Origin: Myxococcota bacterium
GTDB taxonomy: Bacteria; Myxococcota_A; UBA796; SXON01
Assembly: GCA_040386535.1 (NCBI GenBank)
Contig: JAZKFH010000024.1
Location: 64,001 to 128,000 of the forward strand
Direction of reading: 5' to 3'
DNA length: 64,000 nt
Below are positions 60,458 through 64,000 of this stretch, in pieces; the first letter of the stretch is position 1; each line of letters opens with the position of its first letter. The position numbers were made by a program, and so were the translations under genes. The notes below the pieces were generated by a model, which was not told where the DNA came from, searched no databases, and saw only the letters and a list, made by a program, of their open reading frames with translations.

Positions 60458-61592
60458 CCTCATCGCGCAGATCGAGCGGGAGCCCTGGCGCGCCCGCGCG
60501 CTGCTCGAGCACTACTCGCACGCCCAGCACTTCCCCATGGTCGAGGGAGACTCGGCCACGTTCTTCTACTGGGACGGCCGGCCCGCCGAGAAGGTGTTCC
60601 TCAAGCACTGGGTGTTCGGCCTGTCCTCGACCGTCGAGTTCCAGCGCATCCCGCACACCGACGCCTTCTACCTGTTCCTCGACCTGCCGAAGCGGGCGCG
60701 TGTCGAGTACAAGCTCGAGGTGGTGCGAGACGGCCACGGCGTGTGGACCCACGACCCGCGCAACCACCGGCGCGCCTACGATCCGTTCGGTAGCAACTCC
60801 GTCTGCCACGCGAGCTCCTACGAGGAGCCCAACTGGGTGCACCACGACCCCACCGCGCGCCAGGGTCGGCTCGAGGCCGGCACCGTCGAGAGCGCGCTGT
60901 TCGGGGACACCCGCACCTACAAGATGTACGTGCCCGCCGAGGCCCGCGCCGGGAAGCGCTACCCGCTGCTGATCGTGCACGACGGCAACGATTTTCTGCA
61001 CTTCGCGCAGATGAAGACCGTGCTCGACAACCTCATCCACCGGCATGAGGTCGCGCCGCTGCTCGTGTGTTTCACCAGCGGCGTGCAGCGCAACCAGGAG
61101 TACGGCGCCAACCCGCGGCATGCCGACTACCTGCGCAACGAGCTGCTCCCCGCGCTCGAGGCCCGCTACCCCGTGCTCCCGGGCACGCAGCACCGTGGCC
61201 TGATGGGCGCGAGCTTCGGCGCGGTCGCGTCGCTCTACACCAAGGTGCAGCACCCGGGCGTGTGGGGGCGGCTGATGCTGCTGTCGGGCAGCTTCGCGTT
61301 CACCGACATCGGCGACCACCAGCGCGGCGCGTTGTGGGACCCCATCGTGCGCTTCGTGAACGGCTTCCGCGACTCCCCGCGCCATCTGCACGCACGGGTG
61401 TTCGCGAGCTGCGGCACCTTCGAGTCGCTGATCTACTACAACCGCAGCCTCGTGCCGCTGTTCGACAGGCGCAGCGACGACTTCCGCTTCACCGAGGCGC
61501 CCGACGGGCACAACTGGATCAACTGGCGGGATCGCCTCCGCGAGGGGCTCACGTTCCTGTTCCCCGGCCCCTTGTGGATGTACTACGAGTAG
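60441..61592 (+). CDS. Fes-like alpha/beta hydrolase (esterase) with N-terminal Ig/CBM48-like domain
   Basis: RVEYKL...DPRN, YVP...YPLLIVHDG, GASFG, DGHNWINW; GGAGG RBS. Confidence 0.85.
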   Translation: MRPLLDLIAQIEREPWRARALLEHYSHAQHFPMVEGDSATFFYWDGRPAEKVFLKHWVFGLSSTVEFQRIPHTDAFYLFLDLPKRARVEYKLEVVRDGHGVWTHDPRNHRRAYDPFGSNSVCHASSYEEPNWVHHDPTARQGRLEAGTVESALFGDTRTYKMYVPAEARAGKRYPLLIVHDGNDFLHFAQMKTVLDNLIHRHEVAPLLVCFTSGVQRNQEYGANPRHADYLRNELLPALEARYPVLPGTQHRGLMGASFGAVASLYTKVQHPGVWGRLMLLSGSFAFTDIGDHQRGALWDPIVRFVNGFRDSPRHLHARVFASCGTFESLIYYNRSLVPLFDRRSDDFRFTEAPDGHNWINWRDRLREGLTFLFPGPLWMYYE

Positions 61593-61667
61593 GCCCGAGG
61601 CCCGGTGACTCCCGCGCTGGATTGACGGCCCCGCCCGGTGTATACGGGGCCTCCTCGGAGCCTCTTC

Positions 61668-62960
61668 ATGCCTGTCCAGACCCGCCAGATCGGCCTCTCC
61701 CTCGGCGCCGACATCTGCTGGCCCGCCTGCTACGAAGAGCTCGTGCAGCGGCTGCAGCTCTCCCTCCCGGCGCCGCTCCCCGGGGGCGCGGACAACGTGG
61801 AGTTCGCCGTCGAGCGCGTGCGCCCCGAGCCGTTCGATCTGCGCGGGAAGCCGAAGTACGACCTCGTCATCGATCGCGTCACGCACTGGTTCTTCACCAC
61901 GCGCGAGTGGGTGAAGAAGATCGCGATCATGGACGACGTGTACGTCCTGAACAACCCCTGGATGATCCAGGCCGCCGAGAAGCACACCACCTACTGCGCG
62001 ATGATGCGCCTCGGCTTCCCCATCCCCGAGACCTGGCTGCTCCCCCCGAAGGAGTACCCGGACGAGGCCGACTTCCCCGTCACCACGCGTCGCTACAACA
62101 AGCTGTTCGAGCTGAACAAGGTCGGGGCGCAGGTCGGCTACCCGATGTTCATGAAGCCGTACGACGGCGGGGCCTGGCGTGGGGTGAGCAAGATCGACGA
62201 CTCCGCGGCGCTGCACAAGGGCTACGACGCCTCCGGCAAGCAGATCATGCACCTCCAGAACGCGGTCGATCCGTTCGACTTGTTCGTGCGTGGTGTCGGC
62301 ATCGGCCCCCAGGTGAACGTCATCAAGTACGACCCCGCGGCGCCGCTGCACGGCCGCTACGTGGTCGACTTCGACTTCGTGAACGACAAGGAGCTCGCGA
62401 CGCTCCAGCGCTTCACCCGCGTCATCAACGCGTTCTTCTGCTGGGACTACAACTCCTGCGAGTCGCTCCGCAAGGGCGGCGTGTTCCACCCGATCGACTT
62501 CGCGAACGCCTGCCCGGACAGCCAGGTGACCAGCCTGCACTACCACTTCCCGTGGATGGTCAAGGCGATGGTCAAGTGGTCGCTCTTCTGCGCGTACACC
62601 AAGCGCAAGCCGAAGCTGAACCCCAACTGGGCGCCCTACTTCGCCATCGCCGACAAGGACATCTCGTTCGACGAGAAGCTCCTCCAGTACGACGCCCTGG
62701 CCAACGAGTACTTCGACACCGACCGGTTCGAGGAGTTCTGCGCCACCCACCTCGCCCACATCGACGAGGTGACGTACGACTTCTTCGGCACGCCCCGCGC
62801 GAAGGAGATCTTCCGCGAGAAGGTGTCGGCGCTGTACCCGAAGCACGAGATCGACGCGTTCACCGACCACTTCTACGGGCTGGTCCAGTTCTGGCGCAAG
62901 ACCGAGGCCGACCGCGCACCCGCGCTCAAGTCGGAGCGGGCCGCCGGGAGGTCCGCGTGA
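61668..62960 (+). CDS. ATP-grasp amidoligase (RimK/GshB-like fold)
   Basis: DLVIDR, VLNNP....EK, LGFPIPETW, VGYPMFMKPYDGGAWRGV, HLQ, NSCE, IDFANACPD. Confidence 0.85.
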   Translation: MPVQTRQIGLSLGADICWPACYEELVQRLQLSLPAPLPGGADNVEFAVERVRPEPFDLRGKPKYDLVIDRVTHWFFTTREWVKKIAIMDDVYVLNNPWMIQAAEKHTTYCAMMRLGFPIPETWLLPPKEYPDEADFPVTTRRYNKLFELNKVGAQVGYPMFMKPYDGGAWRGVSKIDDSAALHKGYDASGKQIMHLQNAVDPFDLFVRGVGIGPQVNVIKYDPAAPLHGRYVVDFDFVNDKELATLQRFTRVINAFFCWDYNSCESLRKGGVFHPIDFANACPDSQVTSLHYHFPWMVKAMVKWSLFCAYTKRKPKLNPNWAPYFAIADKDISFDEKLLQYDALANEYFDTDRFEEFCATHLAHIDEVTYDFFGTPRAKEIFREKVSALYPKHEIDAFTDHFYGLVQFWRKTEADRAPALKSERAAGRSA

Positions 62961-63688
62961 ACCGCCGCATCCACGGGTGGACCACGCCCGAGCTGAACCA
63001 GGAGATGAAGGTCGCGGCCTGGGGTCACGCCGGCAAGCCCGTGCTCCTGTTCCCCACCGCCGGCGGTGATTTCCTCGAGGCCGAGCGCTTCCTGATGCTC
63101 AAGGTGCTCACGCCGCTGATCGAGGCGGGCCGCATCCGCGTCTACGCGTGCGGGAGCGTCTCGGGCGAGGCGTGGATGAACGAGGAGGCGCACCCCGGCC
63201 ACAAGGCCTGGCTCCAGTCGCGCTTCGACAACTACCTCTCGCGCGAGCTCGTGCCCTGGATCCGGCACGACGTGGGCGATCCCGCCGTGCGCATCATCGG
63301 CACCGGCGCCTCGCTCGGCGGCTTCAACGCGGTGAACGCGGGCCTCAAGCACCCCGACCAGTTCTGGCTCACCGTCGCGATGAGCGGCACGTACGACTTC
63401 GACCGCTGGATGCACGGCTACGCGGACGATCACTACTATTTCAACCAGCCGTTCCGCTACCTCCCGGGGATGGGCGAGGGCCTGCAGCTGGAGTGGCTGC
63501 GCAAGTCCTACTTCCACATCGCGACCGGCCAGGGCCGCTGGGAAGCGCCGTGGGAGAGCGTGAAGCTCGGCCAGCTCCTCGGCGCCAAGGGCATCCCCAA
63601 CTACGTCGACCTGTGGGGCCACGATGTCGACCATGACTGGCCGACCTGGCGGACGATGTTGCCGATGTTCCTGGATCGGTTCGTTTAG
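62957..63688 (+). CDS. Alpha/beta hydrolase (esterase family)
   Basis: WGHAGKPVLLFPT.GG, GASLGG, MSGTYD, WGHDVDHDWPTW; GTG overlaps the ATP-grasp stop. Confidence 0.88.
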   Translation: MNRRIHGWTTPELNQEMKVAAWGHAGKPVLLFPTAGGDFLEAERFLMLKVLTPLIEAGRIRVYACGSVSGEAWMNEEAHPGHKAWLQSRFDNYLSRELVPWIRHDVGDPAVRIIGTGASLGGFNAVNAGLKHPDQFWLTVAMSGTYDFDRWMHGYADDHYYFNQPFRYLPGMGEGLQLEWLRKSYFHIATGQGRWEAPWESVKLGQLLGAKGIPNYVDLWGHDVDHDWPTWRTMLPMFLDRFV

Positions 63689-63709
63689 GCGCGCGAAGCA
63701 GGGCACGAG

Positions 63710-63995
63710 CCGGAGCCGGACCCCGGAGAAGCAGGAAAGCAGGAATAAAGGAAAGCAGGAGGGGGAATCGGAGGGGAAGATCTTCCCTTCCTACTTCCTG
63801 GCTTCCTGCCTGCCTTGTTTCCTGCCTTCCTGCCTGCCTTGTTTCCTGCCTTCCTGCTGTTGCCTTTCCTGCCTTTCCCGGAGCCGGAGAAGCAGGAAAG
63901 CAGGAATAAAGGAAAGCAGGAGGGGGAATCGGAGGGGAAGATCTTCCCTTCCTACTTCCTGCCTTCCGTTGCCTTCCCTGCCTTCCTACTCCCGA
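63710..63995. repeat. Duplicated purine/pyrimidine hairpin element built from GCAGGAA/TTCCTGC units
   Basis: Identical 78-bp blocks at 63723-63800 and 63884-63961, each containing the 14-bp palindrome gggaagatcttccc. A 24-bp tandem duplication lies at 63802-63849. Confidence 0.9.
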
Positions 63996-64000
63996 CGCCG

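Noticed and set aside
61622..61646. Sigma-70 promoter TTGACG...TATACG before the ATP-grasp gene
   Set aside because: The spacer is only 13 nt, too short for a canonical promoter.
63723..63961. CRISPR array
   Set aside because: Only two 78-bp units, the intervening sequence is itself low-complexity repeat rather than a unique spacer, and no cas genes are in the window.

Overview
A GC-rich bacterial chromosome segment with about 54 tightly packed protein-coding genes. The lineage is most likely Myxococcota, inferred from a MYXO-CTERM protease, many DCDD-repeat (putative metal-binding/MopE-like) and FG-GAP lipoproteins, and a DUF4388-like protein. Recognisable housekeeping genes are khpA, hutU, rpoZ, groES-groEL, pssA, an aspartate kinase, truD, an ABC-F ATPase and arginase. 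The window also has an ECF sigma factor, a two-component pair, an ABC-2 exporter and a ~20 kb stretch rich in acidic secreted lipoproteins. I saw no rRNA, tRNA, CRISPR array, transposase or integrase. The most interesting observations are: (1) a four-gene cluster of S51-like peptidase, esterase, ATP-grasp ligase and esterase, divergent from the ABC exporter, whose first gene probably starts at CTG; (2) a full-length aldehyde dehydrogenase homologue lacking both catalytic residues (Cys->His, Glu->Gln), 9 bp upstream of arginase; (3) an SdpA/SdpB-like (DUF5819-like + HTTM) pair beside Asp/Cys-rich secreted proteins; (4) a duplicated purine/pyrimidine hairpin element at the window end; (5) recurrent very short, uncharged signal peptides and apparently leaderless genes. 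All calls come from reading motifs by eye; no database search was run.
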